From the human T2T-CHM13v2.0 reference genome, Homo sapiens, in the NCBI RefSeq assembly GCF_009914755.1, contig NC_060934.1: a stretch of 64,000 bases of DNA. One strand, written 5' to 3'. The notes under the pieces are model-generated. The model worked only from the letters and a program-made list of their open reading frames with translations, was not told the origin of the DNA and did not search any database. The position numbers were made by a program, and so were the translations under genes. Shown piece by piece: positions 41,621-56,550 of the stretch. The number at the start of each line of letters is the position of its first letter. Positions within the stretch are counted from its first letter, which is position 1.

Positions 41621-44134
41621 CGATATGTATTTCATCTCACTTAATGTGCATAACAGTCCTGTCAGGGAGATATTTTTGTTGTGCCCATTTTATAGATGGG
41701 ACAACTGAAGCCCAGCAAAGTCAGAACACTGGCCGAGGCCCCAAGCTCTGAGGCCAAAGCTGTGGTGGGAACCATTTGGGTTGGGTCATCTCATATCTGT
41801 GGACTCCTCCAGGAAGCCTTCCAGCTTCTAACTCTGCTGCCTGATTGCAGACCTCGGATTTCGAGTCCCAGAGGTGTTGTGAGAGGCAGTGAAGCAGGGA
41901 CACCAAGTCCTCCTCAGGCCAAAGTGATTTCTTGTTTTTTCACAAAACAGCCACAGCAGCAGCCACAGCTAAACATGTATTGAGCACTTGCTGTATGCCT
42001 TGCACTGCAGTGCCTCGGGCTTTTTCACATATTATCTCATTTAAACCTTGCACCCTCGATGTTATGGAAGAGGAACTGTTATTATTTTCATTGCACAGAT
42101 GAGAAAACGGAAGCACAGAGGACTAATAACTTCTCAGGGTCAGCTCAAGGATGCCAGTGAGTGAAAAATGTCCCTTGCTTTCTATTCATCTTTTTGACTT
42201 AGGTGTCTGAGGAAGAGAGTTTAATTCAAACCTTACTGCTGAGCAACCAACCTGTCTTCCTCCCTCCGGGCCCCCAATCACAAAAATAAACAAGATCTGC
42301 CACTAGGGAGATTGTTGAGGTCAGGGAGACTGGGGACCGGCTCTGGGCTCTGCATGTGGTACCTGGGGTCTCTTTGCAGCCCTGGAAGGGCTCGTCCTAG
42401 GGAGGACCTCCTTGAGTTGCCTTCAGCCCTGGCCTCAGCTGGAAACAGTTTGGATGTCTGCCTTTCTCGTCTGTGTCCGCAAGTACAGCTCTGTCTACCC
42501 ATTTCTCCATTCATATGCTCATAGTTATTGAGGGCTTCCAAGGGCCTGATGCCGGGCCAGGCTCCCTCTTGGAGCCAAACTTGCTGCTGCTCGGACAAAG
42601 GAGCCGTCCCATACTGGGGCATGGGTGTGTGTATAAACTGGGCTTAAGATCGTAGGCACAGGTAGATTCTGAGGCAGGCAGTCACTGCACAGGGGAAATG
42701 CTTATGCAAAGTAGCAATCCTTCATGTCTTCCTGGAGTAATAGTTTAAAGATACGCAGAAAAATATGTAAATATGCCATGCATTTAGTTTTTGCCAAACT
42801 GATGCCTAATAGCCTCTGCAGGCTGTTAGGAAACCTTGTCATGCCTGTGTCCAGCTCTCTCTCACAACAATTCCTTAAGCTCAGCAAAGATGAAGCAGGA
42901 ATTTGGTCAGTCTGTTGTCACGGGAAGATTTTCTTCCCATGTACACATCAACTGCTGAAGATCTGAGAATTTAGGAAAACTAATCTCTTATCCTCAGACA
43001 CAATTGTATATTAATTGCAGCTGGCCACAGTTAGGCAGGGTGTAGAGGGAATTATACCGACAGGGCCTCTCGGCTGGTTATGGAAAGAGGGAAATATTTT
43101 TAGGACTTGCAAACACGCATGCAGGCGCGCACCCACCCACGCTGACACGCTCATTCACTTACTCTGCCCACGGACTTTATGCTATCAATAGATGCTCACG
43201 GATGCTATTTCTGGCCCGGCTTTCTGGATTTCTGTTCCTTCATGGAGGCTTGAGTCAGCAGTTCTGAGCCTCAGCGCCTGGTTTTTGCTGCCTGGCTCAC
43301 AAGAAGGGCAGCCCTGTGCCAGCTTCTGTCTCGACTGCTGCGGGCAGGCGTGGGAAGAAATTTACCCCAGATGCTGCACATTCACCCCAGGGCAGTCACA
43401 GGTAGCTGCTGTCTCTGTTCAAAATGAGGGAAGGACGGAGAGGCAGGGAAGTTCTGCATTTGCTTTCTGTGCTTTCGTCTCGGAAGCATCTCCACCACCG
43501 GGCCACTGAGGGGAGCCCCTCCCACCACAGAGGCGCAGATCCGCCCTTCTCAACCTGCCTCTCCAGTCCGGCCTCAGAAACCAGCTTTGCTGTTGATTTT
43601 GGCAGCTGGGAGACCCCATCTCTGTTTACACCCAAATGTTTTCCTTAAAAGGCCTTTTATTCCTAGTACAAAGTAGCCTCTAGAACCAGTGACTTTAAAC
43701 CTTAGAGGAACTCCGTGGATTAACACATCAACATTCAAAGCAAATGCGACATCAAACCTCTTTAAACAAGAACCAGAACGTTTTTGTGGTGCTTACTGAA
43801 TTTTCTGTTCTTCTTGGAAATAGTTTCCGGAGAAGAAAGATGGATAACATTGGTTATGTTTTTGATCCTAGACAGATACAGTCACCTGGCTTAGGTGAGG
43901 GTGTTGGCTCTTTCTTCCCAGGTTTAGAATGGAACTGGGCTTTATTTATAAGTAGGAGCCTGAACTTTGGAGACTGAGATTTTATTTGGCCACGTGTCTG
44001 CTGTGGGCCACCCTCTCGATTTTCACCTATGATCTTAAACACAGTTTATAAAGGTAGTTACAGGAAGGACATCTGGGTTATCCGAAGGAAATTGTTATCT
44101 GAGAAAGGCCACTTAAAATGAGTCCACTTAATAA

Positions 44135-44468
<334 letters not shown>

Positions 44469-44504
44469 AATAGTGCAAAAAACGTTTTTAAGACTTCACT
44501 CTGA

Positions 44505-44855
<351 letters not shown>

Positions 44856-45174
44856 AACAGGGTCACTCTTTCATAAACAGTTCTGAGGGCTTCTCTCAGT
44901 TCTTTCATCTTCACGTTCTCTCTTTGAAGCCACCTTCTGTCCTCATCCTGGCTGAGTTTCTCTTCTTCAGTTGCTCACAGGTCTGACTGTGCCAGCTGCC
45001 CTTTCTTACAGCTTTGGGGTAGGTTTTGAGCAATTCTCTGGTGTCACTTTAATTGACTCCATGACATCCTCCTCCTTCTTCCAGGTTTGCAGTTTTGCTT
45101 TCTGGTTTTTGGCACTGTATATTTGCTCCTTCAATCAGCAAGAGACTGCCAAAGACTAGACTTGTGAGGACATG

Positions 45175-45461
45175 ACTGGGCACAGTGTCTCACGTCTGTA
45201 GTCCCAGCACTTTGGGAGGATCACTTGAGCCCAGGAGTTCGAGACCAGCTTAGGCAACATAGTGAGACCACATCTCTACAAAAAATAGAAAAAATTAGCT
45301 AGGCATGGTGGCACACGTCTGTGGTCCCAGCTAATCAGGAGACTAAGGCGGGAGGATCACTTGAGCCCAGGAGGTCGAGGCTGCAGTGAGATGAGATTGT
45401 GCCATCGCTCTCCAGCCTGGGTGACAGAGTGAGACCCTGTCTCAAATAAAATACAGTAAAA
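45175..45461 (+). mobile_element. AluJ
   Basis: gaggatcacttgagcccagga in both arms; TSD tagacttgtga. Confidence 0.93.
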
Positions 45462-46420
45462 TAGACTTGTGAAGACAGGAGGAGCATACGAGGGAGGATC
45501 AAGTCTATACATGGTTGCTTTGTTGATGACATTGTCCTAATGCTGCCCTTTGTGTTCTCTTATGTAACCTTGTTACCATGGAAACTTGAGCGGTGGGGAC
45601 CCTTAGTGCAGGATGGGGGAACTAGAAATGCATCCCTGGGAACTTTGTAGTTTTAGGATTTTGTTGATTGCCAGGAGAGCTGAGGAGCCCCTGCCGTGCT
45701 TGCTGACATAGCTATATGGAAGAATATTGTATTGGTGGGAGGATATTGTTGAAGGCATCAGCCACCATATACATACAGTCACCTGGTGAAGGGCTTGTGG
45801 GAGAATGCGTGTTCAGAAAGTCACAACAGAAGCTGCTCATCCATGGGATTTTTTTTTTTTTTAACCTGTCGGATTTTATGAATCATGTAACTGATCATAG
45901 TGGTTGCCCTTTTTGCTTTGGCTGTTGGGAAACTTAGAGCCAGACTTGTACCCCACTCCAGCAAGGGCTTAGGTCAGCACTTCCACGCTTACCTCACTCC
46001 CTCTGGCTTTTAGCCACCTTTTCTTCCTGTATTTTCTTTGTTCTCTTGAATTGTGGGCTTAAATCCTTTTTGACATTAGGTAGAGTATATTCTCTCAAAA
46101 GCTACCTCATGAGCGTCTCCTACCATTTCCGTCTCAAAAGAGCTGAAATATCAAGCCAGCAATGGTGTGTTTAAAAAAAAAAGAAAGCTGAATTTATGTG
46201 GTAAAGAAAGAAAGATTTTGAGGATCATATTCAGTCTTTTCGAACGTGGTATGTGTGTTACTGATTTTTTTTTTCATATGTGATGAGAATTCTTAATGCT
46301 AACAACTTTTGTATAGCCCTGAGATTTTGGGGACTGGCCTTCCTCCCTCCTTCCCTCCTATAGGTATCAAAGATTACAAATATATTCTGAATTCTTAATT
46401 TGAAAATAAAAGTGAGTCTC

Positions 46421-46778
<358 letters not shown>

Positions 46779-48702
46779 TTACTGACTTCTTTTCTAGGAC
46801 ATTTGGGTTACCTCCCTGGGTCTAATAGTAAAATTCCCAGTCTTCCACCTCTGTCATAACTGAATCAACAGGGTTTTTCCTGCTGAAGAGTCACCTGTAG
46901 AGCTGTCCTTGCTTGTGAAGAACTTTGAAAGGTTCCAGGTGTAAATATGGTGAAGGTGGTAGAAAGAGATGCCGTAAATAGATCAGCCCTTTGCAAGGAG
47001 AGAACAAGAGAACCTTCTGGAAAAGATGGGGCTTCACCGAAGCTTGTACTTAAGCCCAAGAAACCACTTAGACTCCCAGAGGTGAGCAGGTGAGATTTAA
47101 TGTTGGCATGTAAGAGGTTAACAGAATATCTGTACCGCTGCAAATAAACGAACACAACCATCTTCTGCCTTTTCTCTATTCATCATAAGACAGAGTTTTG
47201 CCAGGACCTTCTCCCCATCCTCTGAGGTCTCGTGCGGCATGTGTTTATGGGGCTCTGGCTGTGCTTGGGGCACCCTGCATGGCTGGAGAGTGGAGACACC
47301 AGACACAGACACACCTGAGACTCTTAACAAGGCAAGAAAGCGCCAAGGCATCAATATGCAGGCAGCCGAGGGGATGGGAAGAAAGAAGTCTGGGGGCTGG
47401 CAGGGAGCAGACCCCTCCAGGGAGCTGGGGGAGCTGGGATGTGATTTTCTGGAGGAATTGAGAGAGATGCAGAAGTTGAGGAGGGGGCAGCTCCTCAGCA
47501 GTGAGGCCACGGTGAGGACCTGGCCGTGCTCCAATGCTGGATCAAAGCCAGGAGGTCGGATTGGGACTTTTTTGCAAAGGCAGTGGACGACTTTTGGAAC
47601 AAGACTGAGTGATGCGGCAGTGTGTCCTTTGGGGACACATGGAAAGAGCATCCATCCTGGGACTGTGACACCTGGGTGGAGAAAGCCCGGCACCGCACCA
47701 TTCTCGCCTGAGCCCAGGTTCTGTCCCTGCTCACATGTCCCTGCTCCTGTTGACATGTGGGTGCTGCATTCAGGCCACACAGCTTCCCAGCTCTTCGAAT
47801 TTTCGGCAAGGCAGTGAGCATGCCTAGCTCAGTGCAGGGCTCGGGCGTTCAGGCACTGCTGGGTGCAGAGTTGTGTGACACGGGGCTGGATGCCTGGGGC
47901 CTCAGGTGGAGTAACAAGATAACACTCTCAGAGACAGCCCAGAGCTGGTCTCAAGCTTGGCTCCCTGAAGAGAAGTCGCTGGGGTTTTGTCCAGCCTCCC
48001 TCTGCTCGCCACCATGGTATAGTGGGTGGTGGTGAAGACCCAGGGCTTGGAGGAGCCCTGTTCTCCATCTGTGTTTACATTCTTAGCTCCTCCAGATGGG
48101 TTTCTCTGTGATCTGACCTACTTTCCTGAGTGTATGTGCTCGGGCTAATTAGCAGCTCGGGGTCCATTGGTGGTGTTTGGAGAGTCTTGCTGCTATGGCA
48201 ACTGGAGACTCCCTGAGGCCAGAGGCAAAGGTGGAGCCACTCACCTTTGTTTTTCTTGGGGTGTCAGAGGGGTCTCAAACTACTTGCAGTTTCTGACCAT
48301 GGCTCCGTCCGTTGAACCTCTGTGGGACTGAAGAGGCTGCACTACATAGCTTCAGTTTATCTTTTGGCTACAGGGATTTGTCAGGTTTGCTGATCTTTCT
48401 GGTAGGTGTCACAAAGTAATGTGAGAATAAGCTGGTTTCCACTTATAGGCCAGGCACATAATAGGTGCATTAATAAACGTTGAACTGCTTTTTAGAAATG
48501 ATGGATGCATTCCTTGATTTATCCAGGTTTCTAGGGTGTCTTTGGGGACGTCAGTAGGAAGGTTTGCAGTGGAGCCTGTCTAAGCGGGCTTAGCCTGCCT
48601 TCGGGCCCCTAGAATATGTGGACTGTGGTCTAACAGACAGGCCCCCAGGGGCTGTTTGAGTTCAGGGTCTCATTAGGGTCGTGCTTAGGAGTAGTGGGGT
48701 TC

Positions 48703-49045
48703 CCTGGATGGCTTAAATAGAAAACAGTGATTTCTTCCAGTTCTGGAGGCTGGAAGTCTGAGAGCAGGGTGCTAGCATGGTTGGGTTCCTGATGAAGGCT
48801 CTCCTCCTGGCTTGTAGATGGCCACTTTCTTGCCTCACACAGCAGAGAAGAAGTGTGTGTGTGGGGGGGGGTCTCGTGTCTTTTTCTCTTTTTATACGGG
48901 TATAATCTCATCTTGAGGGGACCCTTATGATGTAATCTAATTCTAATTACCTCCCAAAAGCCCCACCTCCAAATACCATCCCACTAGGGATTAGGGCTTC
49001 AACACATGAATTTGGGAGGGAGGCGCAAGCATTCAGTCCATAGCA
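48703..49045 (-). mobile_element. MLT1A-type MaLR LTR
   Basis: cagttctggaggctggaagtc, cctcccaaaagccccacctccaaataccatc, ttcaacacatgaatttggg...attcagtccatagca. Confidence 0.85.
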
Positions 49046-49195
49046 CAGCCCTTTTATCATTCTCCCTCCTTATTTTCTTCAGCTTTACATTTTCTGTAGG
49101 CCGAGTTACTAGATCACCAGCTTTGTTTTAAATTGTTTGTAAAGTCAGCATGGAAAGGTCTTCAATGAGGGTCTGAGAGACTCTTCCATAAATAA

Positions 49196-49618
<423 letters not shown>

Positions 49619-51990
49619 TAATATGCCCTGTCACTACATCATAACTTTGCAGTTGTTGGGATTCTACGTAAAAGCACTTCACTTTAATGCTGCCTTAATT
49701 TCCTTTATGGTACTATACTTGGGGGGAAATTTTTTCTTATAAATAAGAATCCTGGTCCTGGGCATTCATAGATGGTATTTAATTTACTTTTTCCAATGCC
49801 CTTGCAAAATAGATGCTTTTCCTCTTTTGCCAGCTGAGGAAATAAGGTTCAGTATGGTTAAACAGTCGGCTCAGGCCACACAGCTAACGAGGGAGAAGTC
49901 AGGATTTGAACTCCAGTCTCATTTCAAACCCTATCTTGTTATCGCAGCAGAACCTTTACCTATTAAGGCTAAGGACGTTTAGATGGCTTTGTGCTTTTGC
50001 ACCTCATCTGAAAAATGTTTTTAAAAGTTGGCAGATGAGTTCTAATTGTGGTTCCTCATTTTTTTCCTCATGTATTTTCTGAGTACGAGGCTTGGCTAAA
50101 GGCCAGTTCCTAGGTGCCCAGGGAAAGGGCCACTTTCTTCAAAACAGTAGTAGCCCAGGTTAGAGCTTACAGATGTTTCAGCTCCACGTGGTAAGCTTCT
50201 TTGGGCCCTCACCTGCATATGGAGCCGAAGAGGTCTGTTTTCTGACAGAGAAACAAACCCCCAGGGTGCTGAGAATGGTGACAGGATGAACAGGTTGCAG
50301 GATCCTTGCCACCAAGTGACATCCAATGCTGACAGTGAGTGACGGCTTCCCCGGGAGGTGCTTTCCAGAGCACACCTCGTCACACCACCCCGACAGCCAC
50401 CTTCCCCGCAAGATTGACATAATCATTAGCTATTTTCATATAAATGCAAAAGTAAACCTTCTCAGTGTTTCTGGGAAATTTCATGCTGTTACATCCCAGA
50501 AAACGATGTTGATCCTCTGGCATTCTGTTTGACACTGATACTGAATAAGAGCAGTGGAAAGTCAGTCCCCGTGAAGCTCTGGAACTACTGTGACCTCGAG
50601 TGTCAGTATCAAAAGAGCCCATCCAAACATCCTTGGCCACGTCGCTAGAAAACAGTGTATTGGAGGCAATTTTAAAATGCTTTGAACAATTTTGTTTTTA
50701 TTTTCTTTTGCTTTTGGCCACAGTTTAGATACATTTTAGGCTCACTGCCCTGTGGGTGAAGACAAGCTGGGAAATGTGGAAGAGTCTTCCACTTACCCAT
50801 CAGAGGTTCCATTTGAATTCAGTTGTGAGTCTGGGCTGGGAGCGCAGGAAGCGGTTGTGTTGAATGTACAGCATGAGGGGATGGTGGGGTTCCCAGGTGT
50901 GCCCCAAACCTCCTGTACCTATACAGAGATGAACTCTTTCTGCAGCAGCCTCCAGTGAGGAGGCTCAGGATCTCAAGTCTTGAGGGTTTCTGAGCCTGCC
51001 ATAGGCCAGGGACAGGGATTTGGCTGCTGATGGGTGACATGCTGCCAGCTACAGAATGGGGCTGGCTGGGCACTGGGAGCTTGGTGATGGGGTGTCACGG
51101 ACATTCCTACAGGCCCAGCCCGTGTTTAGAATCACAGAGCTGAGCCGATGCATGTCACGGAGAACTGCCTTTGCCCTGTACACGCATGCTGCATTAGGGG
51201 CCTGCCTTGGGCGGCTCAGCTGGCCGCGCCTCTGCTTGTTTAGGGTGAGCCTTTGCACAGGGCTTGGCTTTGTGGAGCTCATTTGGTGGCCAAAGATGGT
51301 GTTGCAGCCCCAGCCCGCTCGCAGGCCCAGTACCTTTTGCTCCCTAGCTTGCCCCAGGCCCTCAGACTGTGCGGTGCAAAGGTCCTTGGAGGCTAGCCCC
51401 GGGCTGGCTGTGAGGGGAGAGCCAGGTGCCGCAGCTCTCCCTGGTACAGACTTCAGCTGCCTCCAGGACCCGGGGCCTGAAGGAGGCAGAAGCCGGCGGT
51501 GGAAAAGGGCGCACGTCTCTCCCAGCGTCGCTCCCGCTGCCCGCTGCCCACTGCAGCCTATTTACCTGTTCCTCCAGCCATCCCCTTAGTCCTGGGCCGG
51601 GAGAGACCATTTCCTCCTTCCTGGAGGGATGAGCCAACAGGGCTGAGCCCCCTACTCTCTCGGTGGTCAGCCCGCCCGACCACCACGCCCCTCCTTTCTA
51701 GGGCCCCAGCTCCCGGGCCGCGGCTCGTTTGCATTTCAAAGCTACACAATGCGGGCGGTCCCAGCGAGGCGGGAGGGGCCGGGGCAGAGGGAGGGTCTTC
51801 GCCTCCCCACCCCCAGCCCCGTTTCCGGAGCCCGCGATGGAGCTTTGTGAAGATGCAGGCGTTGGGGCTGCTCGGCGATGATGACATCATCGTGTCACAC
51901 ACAGGAGCCGGCTGCCGGGGGGTTTAAGAGAAGAGCCTTTCGGACCACACCGGCGCTCACGCTCATACCCGCACGCCCCGGGCAGAGCCG

Positions 51991-52057
51991 CGCACGCCGG
52001 CCACACTCGGGCGCGCGCCGGCCACACTCGGGCGCGCGCCGGCCACACTCGCGCGCA
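51991..52057. repeat. 21-bp tandem repeat, about 3 copies (CGCGCGCCGGCCACACTCGGG)
   Basis: Units start at 51991, 52012 and 52033. Confidence 0.95.
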
Positions 52058-52270
52058 CACATACGCGGCGCTCGCCCCCCGGCCCCCGGCTCGGGCCGCG
52101 AGTCGCAGCTCCCTGCCGCCGCTCCCGCCGCCACGGATGCCCGCAGCTGCTCCCCTCTGCAGTGCAGCAACCCCGGCCGCCGGCCGGCTCGCCCCGGCTC
52201 CCGGCTGCAGGAATCGCGCCAGGACGCTGGCCCCGCTCGCGGCTAGCTTGCACGCCAGGGCACAGCGAGG

Positions 52271-52338
52271 ATGGGAGGGTCGCAGTCCCTGCAGCCAGCC
52301 CCAGCCAGCGACCTGAACCTGGAGGCTTCCGAGGCAAT
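52271..52338 (+). CDS. TACC2: Coding part of TACC2 short-isoform first exon: MGGSQSLQPAPASDLNLEASEA(M), phase-2 donor
   Basis: Strong Kozak gcgAggATGG; upstream in-frame TAG 52244-52246; donor AAT|GTAAGT; peptide recalled as the N-terminus of short TACC2 isoforms; same phase as exon 31902-32036. Confidence 0.92.
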
Positions 52339-54879
52339 GTAAGTGCTCCGCCCGGGCCGCCCCGAGTCTCCCGGGGAGGAGGAGAGGATGCCCGGGCTTT
52401 GTTAGTGTCGCCTTTCCTAATGCCTGTGCAACCTGGAGCCCAGGCTGGCCTGGGGTTCTTCGCAGCCTTGGAAAGCTTTACCTGGGGCTGCTCTGGGAGG
52501 AGCATCTGGTAGCCCCAAGTTACTGCTGTGGGCAGAAACGATTCCCTGGAATTCAGTTTTGGTCGCTCAGCAGTGGGTGCATGGCTGGGGGGCTTCTCCT
52601 GCCGTCAGCATCTTTCCTCTGCACCCCCGGCACAGTGGTATTTCCTGCAAGGGAACAGCCAGGCATCAGCGACTGCCTCCTCCTAGGAAGAACCCATGAG
52701 CGTGGCAGCTCCGTGCCCGGGGCGACAGCCCAGTTTCCGGGCAGCTGCGCTTGTGGCTGGGCAGATGGCGTGGTGCGCTCTGGTGGACGTTCCGTCTAGT
52801 TAGCCTAAGCATCATCCACATACTCTGGTGAACACTCGAGGACAAGGCCGCTTGCTATTATTAGTAAAGGGCCGAACCGTCCTGTCATTGGTGGAGGCAG
52901 TGCTTGACTGTGCATCGATCCAGGAATCCGATCTTTTCTCTCAACCACAGAGCTAACGTGCTCAGAAGTGGCCTTTATCCTGGCCGAGTGTTTATTAGAA
53001 TTCACGTTTCTGTTATGGTCGTCTCCATTACCTACCCAGGCATGTTTGGACGATGGGGCGTATTGAATGGGTCTGCCGGCCGGGTCGCATTTCAGCAACT
53101 CAGGCTTGTATCCAAAGTGGACCTCCCAGCCTCACCTGCCCCCACTTTTCCAGAGAGAAGACTATGTTTCAGAGAAGAGTATTTTCTGGGGACTTGGGGG
53201 TAGGGGTAGTAAAGTGGGTTCTTAAGAGTCATGGATGTGTAGATTAAAAGATGGTGGGGATTGATCTGTGTGTTGTAGGAGGGATGGGGCCCCGGGGGGT
53301 ACTTCCTCACTGGTCCCTCGACCCCTGGGCTTCAGTGAGGAGCTGGCTCGGCGTAGTGATGTAATGCTAGGCTGAGCCTCGTGGTTTTCTGGGCTCCAGC
53401 TCTTTAGCAGGGAGTCATTCTTCCGAGCAGGTGTGCACCCATCATTTGTCTTCACCCCTGTAGCTTGAGAAAGCATCGTCTTACAATGGAGGCACATCGC
53501 GTTTGAGGATTTTCTTTTTAAATGTTATGATCCTTGTGCTGTGCCTGCCTTGTTTCTCATGCACGTGTAGTGTTGCTAGGTGCATGGAAATACAACTCGA
53601 GTCTAGGCAGAAAAGAACCACTTTAACCTATTTTTTGCAAGTCCCTATAGTGGAATTGAGTTAATCAGTGACAGGCACTGGCCAACTCTCACGGCTCAGA
53701 CCTATCTAGTGAAGAGCTTAGGAAACAGAAAGGACAATGTGACTGTACGTTTGGGAAAATGTGCTCCTCAGTCATTGGAAATTCAGCTCGCCGGTCCCTA
53801 ACGTCCCCGCCCTCTTTTTCAGCTGAGTTAATAAATGATCAGTGTTCCGTCAGCTGAGGGCCGAGTTTAGATAGCTTCTGTTAGGTAGCTGTGCCTTTTT
53901 GGATAAGGTCCCTTAAGGTTCTGCCCACTGGGATAGTGGTGTTTAAATAAAATTTCAGGCTGAATGGCCACATTGTGATGGAAGCTGTTTATCAAATATT
54001 TTCACAGTTGAGTTGGTCCATATGCCCCCGCCTGAGGCTTCTCTCCCTAGAACTGCTGCCTCTGAAATGTCTCTAAATATAGATCTTTACGATAGTATAT
54101 TCACTCATTCACAAAATCCCACCCTCCATCCCGTAACATTTTTGTTCTAAAAAAATGGAGAGAGAGGAAATATTTGGGGCCAGTGCCATTGCTAGCATCT
54201 GTCCTCTTCAAAACCCGTCTCTGCTCTCTGAATAACTGGGGCTTATTTTTCTAGTGCAGATGTGCTCTTTCCCAGTCTAGAGGTTTTAAAAATATATATT
54301 CGGAGAGTGCCTCTTTTCTGCCCAGGCACAGGTCTTTCTTGGTAGTATTTCCATGCAGCTAAAAATGCATGCACGTGAATAATACACAAGACAGCAACAG
54401 AGTGTGGGGCCCATGGCAGGAAAGAGGTTGCATTGTAAGATGATGCCGTCAGGGCTGCAGGGATGGTGACAAACACAGGGTGCGCACCTGCCGCGGGGGA
54501 CAGCTCCTGACAACCGGAATCTAGAGTGAATGTTTCCCTTTTTCTCTGCTGGTTCCCTGTGAAAGACTGGCTTAAGGAGGGCCATGGTGTAAGAGTGAAA
54601 TCAAAAGATAGAGGATTTGGAAGTGACTGAAGGATTTTTTTTTAATTTAAATTTTTTAGTTTTAAGATTTCTTTCCTTCCAATTGCAGGTTTGGGGTGCC
54701 TTTGGGCAGCTTTTGTAGCTCCAGCTGACAGCTTCATTCTATGCAGGAGTGCATTGGGCTAGGGAGGGAGCGACTTTTGTATCTCCCCTTTTGAGAACTC
54801 AGGCATCAAGATTGGAGTAGCAGAAGTCCCATGGGACTGGGGATTGAAGCCTGAGGATGAAGGTGCAAATGGTGACCAG

Positions 54880-55056
54880 TCTCTTGCTACTCCCAGGGTC
54901 GGCCACACATGACAGCATCAGCTTCCCAAAGGGGCTTGCTAGAAACGCAGAGCCTCAGACCTCACCCCAGACCAGCTGAATCAGAATCTCCATTTCATCC
55001 AGGGACTTGTAAAGATGCCCAGGTGATTTGTAGGCATCTCAAAATTTGAGAAGCCA
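54880..55056. mobile_element. MER5A-like DNA transposon fossil
   Basis: cagcatcagc...gcttg.tagaaa.gcaga...ccccagacc..ctgaatcagaatct...caggtgatt..tag...aaatttgagaagcca. Confidence 0.75.
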
Positions 55057-56212
55057 TGAGCTGGTTCAGTCTTCCCTCCATCCTGTCCATGAGAAACAGC
55101 TGGCCACTTCTCTGACTGCTCCTTTCCTATCTGGCAAAGAGGTTCTTGTAGCAATAGTGACCATTTGTTTCTAAATAGAATATGAGTAGCAAGGGGAGGG
55201 AGAATTCTCCCACAGAAAACACTTATTTCTCAGTATGGATGGTAGGAGACACAGGAATGGACAGGAAGTACTTGAGTAAATGTGGGCTGCAGCTATTGAT
55301 CAGACCTGCTGTTCACCCCTTGATTCTGTGGCAGCCCCATGTGGTGCGGCTTCTGCTAAGTGGGGCAGCATTAAGTACTTTGTCCTTTATGTAGTTGGAG
55401 ACCCCCGTTTCAGGGGTTCCCTCAGCTTCCACCAAATCCCCACACCCTGGCCACTGAAAACCACCCAGGGGGCCATTATCAGAGAGCAAAAGCGGTGGTT
55501 CTGTTGGCAAAGTCGGCCTGCCCCGACTGTTGCCCTACTCTCAAAGTGAGCACGTGCCCTTGGCTCTAAAAAACAAATCACAAATATGGAAACCCATACT
55601 CTGTAGACCTGTGGATCGAAGTAGAGGGGCCAGGGTGGATGGGAGAGAAGCGATGGAGGAGGAAGCAACAGGCTCTGTGATTGATGAGATGGGGGAGGGA
55701 AGAGAAGAGACAGTGGCAAGTACAAAATGGAAGTTTCATACCCTGGTAACTAAGAGAAAGAAGTGGCATTGGCCAAGACAGACAAGAAAACTGGATTGGG
55801 AGCTAGTTCGGGGAAGTTGATGAGTTGGCTGAGATTTCAGAAGTGGGTGGGATCAGATGTAGCTGGAGAGAGGCCAGGCAAAAGAAGGATCTCGGGTACC
55901 ACCGCAGTAGGTAGAGAGATTGGAGCTCTCCACACATCTGTGGTTAGAAGTGGGGTTCTGGTCCCTTCCCTTATGTGGTTCCTGACCTTTTCTTTGGGAG
56001 CTGTAGAGAAAATCCGATGACTCTGATCCTGCCCCTCCTGCCTCGCAGGGTTTTTCAGAGGTGAGATGCCACATCTGCAAAGACTCTTGAGAAGACGTAA
56101 GTGCCAGAAAACTGCAAAAGTGGAAATGCCCTATGCCTGAAATTGCCAGCCTCTCAGTCACTCAGAAGGCCAGAAACGGTCGCTGGGGCTCTAAGCAGGA
56201 CTCTTTCTTTAG

Positions 56213-56550
<338 letters not shown>

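Larger units (their letters stand above)
51400..52450 (+). promoter_or_regulatory. TACC2: CpG island, promoter of the short TACC2 isoform
   Basis: CpG-dense; GC boxes, palindromic ATGACATCAT site, TTTAAG TATA-like element at about 51923; contains the coding first exon. Confidence 0.88.

Noticed and set aside
47118-47817. Overlapping 220-aa and 192-aa ORFs
   Set aside because: No recognisable homology, no convincing splice signals, intronic context
51878-52246. 122-aa ORF in frame with the TACC2 short-isoform start, as an N-terminal extension
   Set aside because: Ends at TAG 52244-52246 before the main AUG, and its AUGs lie upstream of the likely TSS
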